From an uncultured Alphaproteobacteria bacterium (lineage in GTDB: Bacteria; Pseudomonadota; Alphaproteobacteria; RF32; CAG-239), in contig CALXTV010000008.1 of assembly GCA_944391505.1 (NCBI GenBank), forward strand, positions 2,109 through 66,108: 64,000 bases of DNA. The letters run 5' to 3'. The notes beneath the pieces are model-generated. The model worked only from the letters and a program-made list of their open reading frames with translations, made no database searches and had not been told where the DNA came from. This document shows, piece by piece, positions 28,901 to 38,603 of this stretch; within the stretch, counting starts at the first letter, position 1; the number at the start of each line of letters is the position of its first letter. The position numbers were made by a program, and so were the translations under genes.

Positions 28901-30279
28901 TAAGTCGCCGGCGTAACCTGATTAACCTGATATCCCAACCAGCCCAGCAGTTTCTGCAAATCGTTTGTCGTATATTCAGGCTGCAGCGAATAAGTCAGCT
29001 CATCGTCGGAAGAAAAGACATCGCCGCTGACCTTAAATTCTGTTTCACCCGGCAACGTCGCACTCAAATTGCGAATAGTCAACTGGTTGTCGATATAATC
29101 GACGCTTAAATTAAAATTCTTCAGTATCTGGTCATTATAAGTCGTGTTAACGGACTTCACATCAGCAATAAAGTCAAACTTAAGCTGCGGATTAAAAACC
29201 GCTCCTTCGGCGCTGTATTTTTCAAAACCGGCCTTCAGCACCGCCGCAACCGGCGTCAAATCCAAATCGGTCATTTCAAAACCGATTTCCGCCCGCCGGC
29301 GTTCCGGTTCGTCATCAGCATATTCGTCGGCAAGCGGCACCAGAATATTTCCGGCACCAGCCGTCGCACCGTACTTAATAACAACATTCGAAAAAGAAGC
29401 CTTGGTCTTGTTGGTATCCATCTGCATTGACAAGGCCAGCGGATAATCGTATTCCTGCCCCAGATTAATATCTTTAAAATTCTTATTGATGAAATCGACC
29501 GGTTTTTTCGATTCAACAATCAAGTTACCGTTAATCGCATCATTTTTCAGCAGCACCGAACCGTCAAAACGGACGAAAGTCTCCGTGGTCGGATGATTCA
29601 GAACGAAATTTACCGAAGTGGCAAAACTCTCCGAAAAACGCCCCAGCGACATGGCAAAACCTTCCGGATTGTTGTCTTTGATATAACTTCCTTCAATACG
29701 ATAAGGTCCGAAAATACTCGGCGCAATCACTTCCGCATTCAGATTTTCCAGTTTAATGGCCATATCATGTTTGGCATTAACGAAATTCAGCGTCGCTTTT
29801 TCCAGCAGCACACTGTCCAGTTTAATCTCCACATTGTCCAGATTGAGCTTCTGTTCTGCCGTAATCGAAGACTGCCAGTTCAACCGGCCGTTGTCATCAA
29901 CATCCATCAGGATTTTCGGCTCAATCAACGACATCATCTTAACTTCAAAATTTCCCTTCAGCAGCGGCCATAGCGAAAGCTTTGCTACCAGACGGTCAAT
30001 CGTCGCCAGCGGCACATCCCGGTTATCTCCTTCTCTGCTGTAGATTTTAATATTGGAAGCCGTCAGATCCGGTGACGGAAAAATTTTAAAATTAACCGGT
30101 CCTTCAAAGACAACGCGCTTACCGCTCACTTCCGAAAACTGTGCGGCTATCTGATCCTTATGTTCGTTCCAGTCAATCATCGCCACATAAGCCAAAACGC
30201 CGCCGACTGCCAAAATCAACACCGCCAGTATAATGATTGCCGCCTTTTTCAAAACTTTTCTCCCCCGCCGGTCATGCAA
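25954..30279 (-). CDS. AsmA family protein with a long C-terminal coiled-coil extension
   Basis: N-terminal TM; IDWNEHKDQIA..SGKRV; beta-rich body; start may be the TTG near 30252. Confidence 0.8.
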   Translation of the reverse strand: MHDRRGRKVLKKAAIIILAVLILAVGGVLAYVAMIDWNEHKDQIAAQFSEVSGKRVVFEGPVNFKIFPSPDLTASNIKIYSREGDNRDVPLATIDRLVAKLSLWPLLKGNFEVKMMSLIEPKILMDVDDNGRLNWQSSITAEQKLNLDNVEIKLDSVLLEKATLNFVNAKHDMAIKLENLNAEVIAPSIFGPYRIEGSYIKDNNPEGFAMSLGRFSESFATSVNFVLNHPTTETFVRFDGSVLLKNDAINGNLIVESKKPVDFINKNFKDINLGQEYDYPLALSMQMDTNKTKASFSNVVIKYGATAGAGNILVPLADEYADDEPERRRAEIGFEMTDLDLTPVAAVLKAGFEKYSAEGAVFNPQLKFDFIADVKSVNTTYNDQILKNFNLSVDYIDNQLTIRNLSATLPGETEFKVSGDVFSSDDELTYSLQPEYTTNDLQKLLGWLGYQVNQVTPATYKRSTGEATVEGTLKTVKISPYTLSVDKSSFTGNMGIITGERPNVFWEVNADNINFDNYIPPLPAEVQESTFAERINYRFSQLGFLNDFDLRFFGKINLGIYDNIPFENTQFDLDTVLGEMTITKLNIGTVANATLEASGVLKGMGKSLQFENLKYGLETKDFASFLNKFSLPLPRADLKKLKNFSSKGIVSGSPELMAMKAVSRLENIDFVYGGQAGKQNGQWSFSGDVDLKAPDFVRLVNDFNFGYNPKTFSLGIFTLSAKVAGTSDNFKLSDLNAFVGSNNFKGELSVDRRSGRPNIKTQMDINKFELERFFYNDAPTQEKKVSFRENETENAEFVARPYLSKNKINYDFYKTFDFDGSFKIGALTYKNENFENTALNCVLKDGVLSVGNFAADYNGGQVAGSAELGVTEEPYLRGNLNLQKQKMTERSWSGSKYGIKSGILSAQATFNTMAGSEEDMLTGLDAEINYVIDEPVIKGWNLGVIGADLQKRDRSDGLAALVQENLQKGETVFARASGKVNIAKAQYVFENAVFEAPNQRVAMTDKGSLDVWDMDAGFTVTFAGSKVKPFTFALSGPMLSPALTVDVAPITDVYDAHWEKVAADKKAAEDARKARLKALMDEQQNYAKSIQQRLFKEVLPELEKRRKMTSDADILAKYDEIDARVKDVSKGLDEVIVQGMVPEFDESLPKALGEKNSVLDDKSAGFKAEILGVYEEDVKKRINGFYNKIVDVYNQSKADVNSYRDNFGVFGQRLAMIKTLFDIEKDDRVIEMKKDIEDKLLALDAINTQVVKDYIFMQNSHDLQQLEDYVSKIAGLEKEAAEDLKLLNEKTDELFAYSEELTVAEEKAYAEKLKQEEIKKKLEENTGKISGARGEDITVTRGIEEIEKMEAAKMKEDIPVLDFSGKTPSGIIKKPTIILEGETAADAEKVSGKVESAEETSVGSTLQKAEEDKAQSVDDKPLLKRIQGEVSEASGKIIREN

Positions 30280-30362
30280 AAAGTTAAAATAATCTTTGCT
30301 AAATCTGCAAACTGTATATAGTATTAGAACATAAATTAATTAATAAACATTTTAAGGGAAAT

Positions 30363-30773
30363 ATGCAAGAAATGAATAATATCCCCAAACTGCTCGAACT
30401 TGCCGCCGCTGCCCGGCAAAACGCCCATGTTCCTTATTCGCACTTTGCCGTCGGCGCCGCCATACGCAGCAGTGACGGACGGTTTTACGCCGGCTGCAAT
30501 GTCGAAAACGTGTCTTATCCCTGCGGCAGCTGCGCCGAAACCGGAGCCATCGCCGCCATGATCACCGGCGGCAGCCGCGAAATTGCCGAAATTCTGATTT
30601 TAGGCGCGGGAAAAGAGCTCATTTCGCCCTGCGGCGCCTGCCGACAGCGAATTAAAGAGTTTTCTTCACCGCAGACGCTGGTGCATCTGGCCGACGCTTT
30701 CGGCGTTCGCAAAACCTGTACCGTTGCCGAACTTTTGCCTTTTGCTTTTGACGAAAAGGATCTTGCCCGATGA
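30363..30773 (+). CDS. cdd: Cytidine deaminase
   Basis: PYSHFAVGAA, GCNVEN, CAE, PCGACRQ. Confidence 0.97.
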   Translation: MQEMNNIPKLLELAAAARQNAHVPYSHFAVGAAIRSSDGRFYAGCNVENVSYPCGSCAETGAIAAMITGGSREIAEILILGAGKELISPCGACRQRIKEFSSPQTLVHLADAFGVRKTCTVAELLPFAFDEKDLAR

Positions 30774-31585
30774 GAGAAACCGCCGAAAAAATAGCCGCTC
30801 AAATCAAATCCCGCCTAGACGGACGCAAACCGGAAACCGCCATCATTCTCGGCAGCGGGCTTGGCGCACTCGGAGATCAAATTGAAAACCCGGTTATAAT
30901 TCCCTATGCCGAAATCGACGGATTTCCGCACAGCACCGTCAGCGGACACAAAGGACGTCTTGTCGTCGGCAGACTGGAGGGTAAAGATATTCTCTGCATG
31001 CAGGGACGCATCCATCTTTACGAAGGACACAGCCCGCAGAGCATCAATACTTTTATCAAGGCTTTTCAGTTGCTCGGCATCAAAAAACTGATTGTTACCA
31101 ACGCTTCGGGCTCTCTGACTGCAAACCTGCCCGCCGGTACGATTATGCTTATTTCCGACCACATCAACCTGAGCGGAACCAACCCGCTCATCGGCCCCAA
31201 TGACGATACGCTCGGTCCCCGTTTTCCGGACATGAGCAATGCCTACGACCGGAAACTCCGCGGCAAAGCAAAAGAAATCGCCGCACACGAGAATATTCCT
31301 TTGGCCGAAGGCGTTTATCTGATGGTCAGCGGCCCGACATTCGACACTCCGGCCGAAGTCAGAGCCTATCGGATTCTCGGCGCCGACGCCGTCGGCATGT
31401 CGACTGTTCCCGAAGTCATCTGCGCCGTTCACTCCGGCATAAAGGTTCTTGGCTTCTCGGTCATTGTCAACCTGGGCTGCGGGCTGGGAAAAACTGCATT
31501 AAGCCATGCCGAAACGTTGCGCGAAGCCGAAAAAGCTTCCGCGAACCTCATCAAACTGGTCAAAAACTGCGTCAGGGAGATTTAA
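30770..31585 (+). CDS. punA: Purine-nucleoside phosphorylase (trimeric PunA/XapA type)
   Basis: ILGSGLG, QGRIHLYEG, GPRFPDMS, ADAVGMST. Confidence 0.95.
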   Translation: MRETAEKIAAQIKSRLDGRKPETAIILGSGLGALGDQIENPVIIPYAEIDGFPHSTVSGHKGRLVVGRLEGKDILCMQGRIHLYEGHSPQSINTFIKAFQLLGIKKLIVTNASGSLTANLPAGTIMLISDHINLSGTNPLIGPNDDTLGPRFPDMSNAYDRKLRGKAKEIAAHENIPLAEGVYLMVSGPTFDTPAEVRAYRILGADAVGMSTVPEVICAVHSGIKVLGFSVIVNLGCGLGKTALSHAETLREAEKASANLIKLVKNCVREI

Positions 31586-31587
31586 CC

Positions 31588-32325
31588 ATGGACGACGTTA
31601 CCGCGGCCAAACATCTTATCCGCCTGCTTGATCTCACGTCACTGAACAAAGACGATACCGAAAACCGCATTGAAAAACTCTGTGCCAAAGCGCAAACCCC
31701 GTACGGAAACGTTGCCGCCGTTTGCATATACCCGAAATTTCTGCCTTTGGCCAAAAGCCTGTTGTCCGATACCGGCATCAGGCTTGCAACGGTCGTCAAC
31801 TTTCCCGACGGCGGCGCCGACCTGAGCAAAGTCCGTGCCGAAACCGAATACGCACTGGAAAAAGGAGCCACGGAAATTGACGCCGTTTTTCCTTACAAAA
31901 ACTTTCTTGCCGGCGACCATCAAACCTGCGCCGACTTTGTTGCCCTGATAAGCAAAATCACCGGCAAAAAGCATCCGTCCAAAATCATTTTGGAAACCGG
32001 GGTCATTGAAAAGGCCGCACTGATTGCCCGCGCCGCCGGCATCTGCATAGACAACGGCGCCAACTTCATCAAGACCTCCACCGGAAAAACGCCGGTGTCG
32101 GCAACGCCGGAAGCCGCTAACGTCATATTGGAAACCGTCGCTTCCGGTCGCCGCAACGTCGGCTTCAAAGCCAGCGGCGGCATCAAAACCATTGATGATG
32201 CAAAAAAATATCTGATTCTTGCCAATGCGATTATGGGCTGGAAATGGGTAAGCCCGTCGAACTTCCGCATCGGCGCCAGTTCGCTGCTGGATAATCTGAT
32301 AGAAGTTATTGAAAGGGGATATTGA
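31588..32325 (+). CDS. deoC: Deoxyribose-phosphate aldolase
   Basis: LDLTSL, VVNFPDG, FIKTSTGK, GFKASGG, FRIGAS. Confidence 0.96.
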   Translation: MDDVTAAKHLIRLLDLTSLNKDDTENRIEKLCAKAQTPYGNVAAVCIYPKFLPLAKSLLSDTGIRLATVVNFPDGGADLSKVRAETEYALEKGATEIDAVFPYKNFLAGDHQTCADFVALISKITGKKHPSKIILETGVIEKAALIARAAGICIDNGANFIKTSTGKTPVSATPEAANVILETVASGRRNVGFKASGGIKTIDDAKKYLILANAIMGWKWVSPSNFRIGASSLLDNLIEVIERGY

Positions 32326-32326
32326 C

Positions 32327-33646
32327 ATGACCTATCTGCCGCAGGAAATCATCCGCAAAAAGCGCGACAAACACGCCCTGTCTGCCGAAGAAATCGAATT
32401 TTTCGTCAAAGGCGTTACCGACGGCTCGATTGCCGATGCCCAGACCGCTGCCCTGACCATGGCAATTTTTCTGAACGGCTTTTCTCGTGCCGAAACCGTC
32501 GCCCTCACGCTGAACATGCGCGATTCCGGCGATGTTTTGCAGTGGCCGGACATTAACGGCCCGGTCGTTGACAAACATTCTTCCGGCGGCGTCGGTGACA
32601 AGGTCAGTCTGATGCTGGCACCGATGATTGCAGCCTGCGGCGGTTTTGTTCCGATGATTTCCGGCCGCGGCCTCGGACACACCGGCGGCACGCTTGACAA
32701 ATTCGATTCCATTCCCGGCTACCGGACGGCCCCGGACAATGACCTGTTTCGCAAAACGGTTCGCGAAGTCGGCTGCGCAATTATCGGCCAGACCGGAAAC
32801 TTAGCGCCCGCAGACAAAAAAATCTATGCCATTCGCGACGTTTGCGGCACGGTTGAATCGGTTGAACTGATAACCGCTTCCATCTTGTCCAAAAAGCTGG
32901 CCGCCGGACTTGACTGCCTGGTCATGGATCTCAAATGCGGCAATGGTGCTTTTATGGAAAATATCGACGATGCCCGCCGGCTGGCCCAATCCATCGTATC
33001 CGTCGCCAACGGTGCCGGCACCAAAACTTCCGCCGTTCTGACCGACATGAACCAGGTTCTCGGCCGCACCGCCGGCAATGCCGTTGAAGTGGCTGAGGCC
33101 GTCGATTATCTCAAAGGTCAAAATGTTGATGCGCGTCTGCATAAAGTTACCATGGCACTTTGTGCCGAGCTTCTGGTTTCCGCAAAGCTGGCCAAAGACA
33201 AAACCGAAGCGGAAAACAAGCTGACCGGGGCGCTGTCTTCCGGAAAGGCTTTGGAAATTTTCGCCCGCATGGTCACGGCGCTCGGCGGACCTGCCGATTT
33301 TTGCGAACATCCGGACAAATACCTGCCCCGAGCAAAAATAATCAAACCGCTGTATGCCAAAGAAGAAGGCTGGATATCGGCCATGCAGACCCGGAACATC
33401 GGCCTGAGCATTATCGGCCTCAAAGGCGGCCGCATTACCCCGGACCAGAAACTTGACTACTCGACCGGTTACACGGACTTTTGCCAAATCGGCGATTATG
33501 TTGACAACCATAAACCGCTGGCCGTCATTCATGCCGCCGACGAAGCATCATGGCAGCAGGCCGCGGACGAATTAACACACTGCATAACCATTTCGAAACA
33601 AAAACCAACCACGCAATTTACCCCAATCATGGAAAAAATATCCTAA
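32327..33646 (+). CDS. deoA: Thymidine phosphorylase
   Basis: LPQEIIRKKRD, DKHSSGGVGDK, GRGLGHTGGTLDK. Confidence 0.97.
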   Translation: MTYLPQEIIRKKRDKHALSAEEIEFFVKGVTDGSIADAQTAALTMAIFLNGFSRAETVALTLNMRDSGDVLQWPDINGPVVDKHSSGGVGDKVSLMLAPMIAACGGFVPMISGRGLGHTGGTLDKFDSIPGYRTAPDNDLFRKTVREVGCAIIGQTGNLAPADKKIYAIRDVCGTVESVELITASILSKKLAAGLDCLVMDLKCGNGAFMENIDDARRLAQSIVSVANGAGTKTSAVLTDMNQVLGRTAGNAVEVAEAVDYLKGQNVDARLHKVTMALCAELLVSAKLAKDKTEAENKLTGALSSGKALEIFARMVTALGGPADFCEHPDKYLPRAKIIKPLYAKEEGWISAMQTRNIGLSIIGLKGGRITPDQKLDYSTGYTDFCQIGDYVDNHKPLAVIHAADEASWQQAADELTHCITISKQKPTTQFTPIMEKIS

Positions 33647-33777
33647 CCCTCAATACCTAGCTGATTCGAAGATTTTATACAAAACAAACAAAAAAATTCG
33701 CACTCATTAAATATTGACTTTGTTTGTTTTTGATTTAACATATCGGTATTTGCAACAAGCAATTACCGATATTTCCA

Positions 33778-35334
33778 ATGAAGAAAACCTCGTCGTCTTC
33801 GGACATAAAAGAATATGTCCTCATTTATTTTTATATCTCCTTTCCGATAACCTTTCCTCTGTTTCTGTCGCATGACTGGAAAGATCTTCCTTTGCAGTTG
33901 ATTGCCTCCGGAGGTTTTCTGCTGCCGTTTACAATTTTCCCGCAATTCAGAAAACTGTTTATCGCCGCCTATCTGCCGTTTTACATTATTTATTTGGCAG
34001 AAATCTGTCATACGGCTATTTTCAAATCACCGCTCACGCAATCTTCCGTTTTAACCGCACTGGACAGCACATCAGCAGAGGCAAAGGAATTTATTATACA
34101 TTTTTTTCGATTACCGATCCTGATAACGGTATCTTTATATCTTACTGTCTCAATTATCCTCACCATCTTCCTTTTTCGCCGCCGCACAAAGCTGAAATAC
34201 CACTTTTTCTTAACGTTTTTTTCTGCTGCGGCCTTTTTATTTTCCGTATACAACGGTTTTCACACAACATATTTCAACAAAAATCAGCTTCTGCCATATA
34301 AATTTATTCAAATAATTAAAATCCGTCAGGAACAGATAAATAACGAAAAAAAGCAATATACAAAATACCGTCTCCAAACAATTAACGGCCTGAAATCTAA
34401 CAACCCGCCATATCTGCCTGAAACCTACCTGATTGTTATCGGAGAATCCGCCTCTCGACAACATATGCAATATTATGGGGCTCAAAGACAAACAAACCCT
34501 TACAGCGGAAAACTCATTACCCCGTTTATCTTTTCAAACGTACAGTCGCCGCATGCTCTAACCGTCCTTTCGCTTAAAAGCATACTATCCATGCAAACGC
34601 TTTCAGGCAAACACATTTCCCTGCTGAACATCTTTCGCCTAAGCGGTTTCAAAGTTTTTTGGCTTTCCAACCAGTACTATTCCGGCGAAGACAAAGAGCT
34701 GACAAATATCTATGCTTTTGCGGCCGATGTTCAAATATTCACAAACAATGTCAAAGACTACTTGCTTGTTACGGAAAAAAACAATTACGACAAACATCTG
34801 CTGCCTCACTTGGACAACGCACTACAGGATAAAGCACTGAAAAAAGTTATTTTCATTCATCTGGCCGGCAGTCATGCTCCTTATAACCGGCGTTTTCCTC
34901 CCGAATTCGAAGTTTTCGGTAAAAATGAAACAAACAGCTTTGTCAAAGAAGTTGACGATTATGACAACAGTATCCTTTACACTGACTTTCTGCTGTCCGA
35001 AATGATAAAAAAAATTTCGGCTCTTCCCGAACAAAGTTTCCTGCTTTACTTCAGCGACCACGGAGAAGACGTCCAAACCACGCCAAAGAGTTGCCATTGC
35101 CACAGTGACGTTGTTCAAATACAAACCCCCGCTATGTTCGAAATTCCGTTCTTGCTATGGACAAACAAAACCTACAATCTTGCCAACACCAATTTGATTA
35201 AGAACTTATCCGTAATCCAATCACGCCCTTTCAATACCCGAGACTTAATTCATTCTCTGCCATCACTTGCCGGTATCAGCTACAACGAACAAAACGCAGC
35301 AAAAAACCTGTTTGCAAACACATACCGTCCATAA
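33778..35334 (+). CDS. Phosphoethanolamine transferase (EptA/CptA sulfatase-fold family), AT-rich
   Basis: N-terminal TMs, IGES, candidate catalytic Thr (HALT), HLAGSH, YDNSILYTD, SDHGE. Confidence 0.88.
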   Translation: MKKTSSSSDIKEYVLIYFYISFPITFPLFLSHDWKDLPLQLIASGGFLLPFTIFPQFRKLFIAAYLPFYIIYLAEICHTAIFKSPLTQSSVLTALDSTSAEAKEFIIHFFRLPILITVSLYLTVSIILTIFLFRRRTKLKYHFFLTFFSAAAFLFSVYNGFHTTYFNKNQLLPYKFIQIIKIRQEQINNEKKQYTKYRLQTINGLKSNNPPYLPETYLIVIGESASRQHMQYYGAQRQTNPYSGKLITPFIFSNVQSPHALTVLSLKSILSMQTLSGKHISLLNIFRLSGFKVFWLSNQYYSGEDKELTNIYAFAADVQIFTNNVKDYLLVTEKNNYDKHLLPHLDNALQDKALKKVIFIHLAGSHAPYNRRFPPEFEVFGKNETNSFVKEVDDYDNSILYTDFLLSEMIKKISALPEQSFLLYFSDHGEDVQTTPKSCHCHSDVVQIQTPAMFEIPFLLWTNKTYNLANTNLIKNLSVIQSRPFNTRDLIHSLPSLAGISYNEQNAAKNLFANTYRP

Positions 35335-35408
35335 TTATCACAAGCTTTTTCTTGACCGTCCAAAACCCCGCCGCTATGATGATAATATCATAAACAAAGG
35401 AGGATCAA

Positions 35409-36605
35409 ATGGGACGTGCCGTAATTTTGATGATGGATTCTTTTGGTATCGGCGGAGCGCCGGACGCCGGCAAATTCGGCAATGACGGAGCCGACACTTT
35501 CGGCCACATCGCCGCCGCTTATCCGGATATGCGGATTCCCAATCTGACCGGCCTCGGACTTTGCAAAGCCTCGGAACTGGCAACCGGCCGACAGCCGGCG
35601 CTGCACCCGCAGACGGAAAGCCGGCTCAAACTTCCCGCCGCTTGGGGCTGCATGCGCGAAATCAGCGCCGACAAAGACACCGTTTCCGGCCACTGGGAAC
35701 TTGCCGGCCTGCCCAACCTCAAGGGCTGGGGACATTTTCCGCCGGCTTACCCTTCTTTTCCGGCCGATTTGGTTGCCAAAATCTGCGCCGAAGCCGGCCT
35801 TGACGGCATTCTCGGCAACAAAGCCGCTTCCGGAACCGTAATCATTCAGGAACTCGGCGAAGAACATATTGCCACCGGCAAGCCGATTTTTTATACCTCG
35901 GCCGACAGCAACCTGCAAATTGCCACTCATCAGGAACACTTCGGCCTGGAGAGACTTTATGAGCTGTGTCAGATTGCTTACAAACATGTGCAGCCGTACA
36001 ACATCGGCCGGATCATCGCCCGTCCTTTCATCGGCGAAAAAGCCGGAAGCTTTACCCGCACCAAATTTCGCCGCGATTACACCGCACAGCCCTTCGGCGA
36101 CACTCTGCTCGACTGTCTGACAGCCGCCGGACACAAAGTCTTCGCCATCGGCGCAATCAACGATATTTATGCCCACCGCGGCATTACCGAAGAAATTCAC
36201 GGCGCCGGCTTGGAAGAACTTTGGAACCTGACCCTCGACGCTCTGCAAAACGCCCCTGACGGCAGCCTGATTTTTACCAACTTTGAAGATTTTGACATGC
36301 TCTGGGGACATCGCCGCAATGTCAAAGGCTATGCTGAAGGGCTGGAATATTTCGATTCGCGCCTGCCGGAAATTCTGCCGTTCATCAGCGATGACGATTT
36401 GTTGTTTATTACCGCCGACCACGGCAATGACCCGACCTATGAAGGAACCGACCACACCCGCGAACAGGTGCCCGTGCTCATGTTCGGCCGCCGGGTCGAA
36501 ACCCGCAGCCTCGGGCGGCGCGCCACCTATGCCGACCTCGGTCAGAGTATCGCCGCCTACTTGGGCATTGCACCGCTGGCTTACGGCGAAAGTTTTCTGA
36601 AATGA
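35409..36605 (+). CDS. deoB: Phosphopentomutase
   Basis: MDSFGIG, DT.SGHWE, YTSADS, GHRR, TADHGNDP, DHTRE. Confidence 0.97.
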   Translation: MGRAVILMMDSFGIGGAPDAGKFGNDGADTFGHIAAAYPDMRIPNLTGLGLCKASELATGRQPALHPQTESRLKLPAAWGCMREISADKDTVSGHWELAGLPNLKGWGHFPPAYPSFPADLVAKICAEAGLDGILGNKAASGTVIIQELGEEHIATGKPIFYTSADSNLQIATHQEHFGLERLYELCQIAYKHVQPYNIGRIIARPFIGEKAGSFTRTKFRRDYTAQPFGDTLLDCLTAAGHKVFAIGAINDIYAHRGITEEIHGAGLEELWNLTLDALQNAPDGSLIFTNFEDFDMLWGHRRNVKGYAEGLEYFDSRLPEILPFISDDDLLFITADHGNDPTYEGTDHTREQVPVLMFGRRVETRSLGRRATYADLGQSIAAYLGIAPLAYGESFLK

Positions 36606-37357
36606 GTTGGAGCGCACCCAATCTGCCGGCGGACAAACACCGCTTTTTCGACCGCCGCGGCGGTGTTTCGGACGGCCGCTATGAAAGCCTGAACTTCAAC
36701 CGCAAAAGCGCCGACAAACCGGAAAACATCAAACAAAACATCGTCATTGCCGCCGGTTGCTTCGGCCTGACGCCGGAAGCGGCCGCTTTTCCCTGTCAGG
36801 GCGTAACCGGACATGCCGAATATGTCGGAACACCTTCTCTGCACAAAATCGAGGCTGACGCCTTTGTTACCGACAACCCCGGAATTCTGCTCGGCATCAC
36901 CACCGCCGACTGTGCTCCGGTTTTGTTTGCCGATTTCAAAAACGGCGTCATCGGCGCCGCACATGCCGGCTGGCGCGGTGCGGTGCGCGGCATTATGGAA
37001 AACACGCTGGCCCTGATGCTGCAACACGGCGCCGAACTGAATCACATTGCCGCGGCCGTCGGTCCCTGCCTGCAAAAAAACTCCTTTGAAACTCGGGCCG
37101 ACATGCTCGGCGAGTTTCTCGCACAGGATTCGGAAAACCAAAAGTTTTTCACGCCGACAGACGTCGGGAGCTATCTTTTTGATATGGAACAATATCTGAT
37201 TTTCCGATTGCACAAAGCCGGGATTGAAAACATTGCCGTTTCCGGCATCGATACGCTTACCAACCCGGATTATTTCAGTTACCGCCGCGAATGCCGCCTC
37301 GGCAACATAACCCGCCCGGCCGATTTTCCGGTTCAGTTATCAACCATAACTTTATGA
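36602..37357 (+). CDS. pgeF: Peptidoglycan editing factor PgeF/YfiH
   Basis: GGVS, TADCAPVL, AAHAGWRG, FSYRR. Confidence 0.93.
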   Translation: MSWSAPNLPADKHRFFDRRGGVSDGRYESLNFNRKSADKPENIKQNIVIAAGCFGLTPEAAAFPCQGVTGHAEYVGTPSLHKIEADAFVTDNPGILLGITTADCAPVLFADFKNGVIGAAHAGWRGAVRGIMENTLALMLQHGAELNHIAAAVGPCLQKNSFETRADMLGEFLAQDSENQKFFTPTDVGSYLFDMEQYLIFRLHKAGIENIAVSGIDTLTNPDYFSYRRECRLGNITRPADFPVQLSTITL

Positions 37358-37421
37358 GAGCTTTATTTCACGGAAAATTTAGGCTATGATAAAGCGTCAT
37401 TAACAACAAAGAAGAAATTTT

Positions 37422-38594
37422 ATGGCACCGCTGGGCAAATTCACGTTATCTGTCATCGGGCTGCGCTTGTTCGGAGCGGCCGGCTTTTTCTGGGGAATGT
37501 TCCTCGGCCATCTGTTGATTGACCGCTCGCTGGTCGGCAAATGGATTGAAAACCGTCTGGGCGAACTTGATGACAACATCCGCCTGCTGCTCCCTTACGG
37601 TTTTTACAAATATTACAGCCGGCTTGACGACAATTTGTTCGGCAAACTCTGGGGAGCCTTTCTGGGCGCGATTACATTCGGCTGGGGCGGCTTTATTGTC
37701 CTGTTTATCCTTGGACATATCCTGTTTGACATCCGCGGCAACACGTTGGTAAAAGACGCCAAAAAGGGATTCGAACATTTCTGGAACCGCCATTGGGGCA
37801 AAATTCTCGGTTTTATCCTCGGCTTTTCGCTGCACAACAAAATTGTGCTGTTTGCCGGCATCATCGTTGGCTTTTTTGCTGACCTTTACCGCCTGGAAGG
37901 AAGTTGGCGCAACAAACTGAAAATCAACCGGCTGCTTGGTTTCTGGGCAAGAATCAATCCGCTCAAACTGGCTCTGCATTCTCCCGAAGCCCGCAAAGTC
38001 TCGCTGATTCAGTCCATGGCCGGGCTGTCCGCCAAAGTTGCCAAAGCCGACGGCCAGGTCAGCGAGAACGAAATCCGCACTTTCAAAAAAATCTTTGACA
38101 TCTCCGCCGGCAGCAATGACAAAATCGCCCGCATTTTCAACGATGCCAAACAAACGGCCGACAATTTTGAACCCTATGCCTTTCAACTGCGCCTGCTGGC
38201 CAAAAACGACCTTGCGCTGCAGGAAAGCATTGTCGAAAATCTGTTCAAAATCGCCGTAGCCGACGGTCGTTTCGGCGAGGCCGAACTTGGCATAATCCGT
38301 TCGGTTGCCGCCATCATCGAACTCCCCGACGGCAACTTCGAAGCCATCCGCCAAAATTTTGAAATCCGCACTCAGGCATCTTCGCTGAACGATTACTATC
38401 AGGTGCTCGGCATCTTCTGCAATGCCAGCAACTTTGAAATCAAACGCCGCTGGAAAGAGCTGATTAACCAGTATCACCCCGACCGCGCGCAGGCTAACGG
38501 CGCCGACCGCGGCACGATTGAGGCTTATACGCTCAAAATGGCCGAAATCAACAACGCCTACCAAAACATCATGAAAAGCCGCAAAGCCGTTTAG
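37422..38594 (+). CDS. djlA: DjlA-like co-chaperone (TerB plus J domain) with an expanded membrane N-terminus
   Basis: KVAKADGQVSENE, J-domain HPD, three GK..G..LG membrane repeats. Confidence 0.85.
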   Translation: MAPLGKFTLSVIGLRLFGAAGFFWGMFLGHLLIDRSLVGKWIENRLGELDDNIRLLLPYGFYKYYSRLDDNLFGKLWGAFLGAITFGWGGFIVLFILGHILFDIRGNTLVKDAKKGFEHFWNRHWGKILGFILGFSLHNKIVLFAGIIVGFFADLYRLEGSWRNKLKINRLLGFWARINPLKLALHSPEARKVSLIQSMAGLSAKVAKADGQVSENEIRTFKKIFDISAGSNDKIARIFNDAKQTADNFEPYAFQLRLLAKNDLALQESIVENLFKIAVADGRFGEAELGIIRSVAAIIELPDGNFEAIRQNFEIRTQASSLNDYYQVLGIFCNASNFEIKRRWKELINQYHPDRAQANGADRGTIEAYTLKMAEINNAYQNIMKSRKAV

Positions 38595-38603
38595 GAACCG
38601 CCG

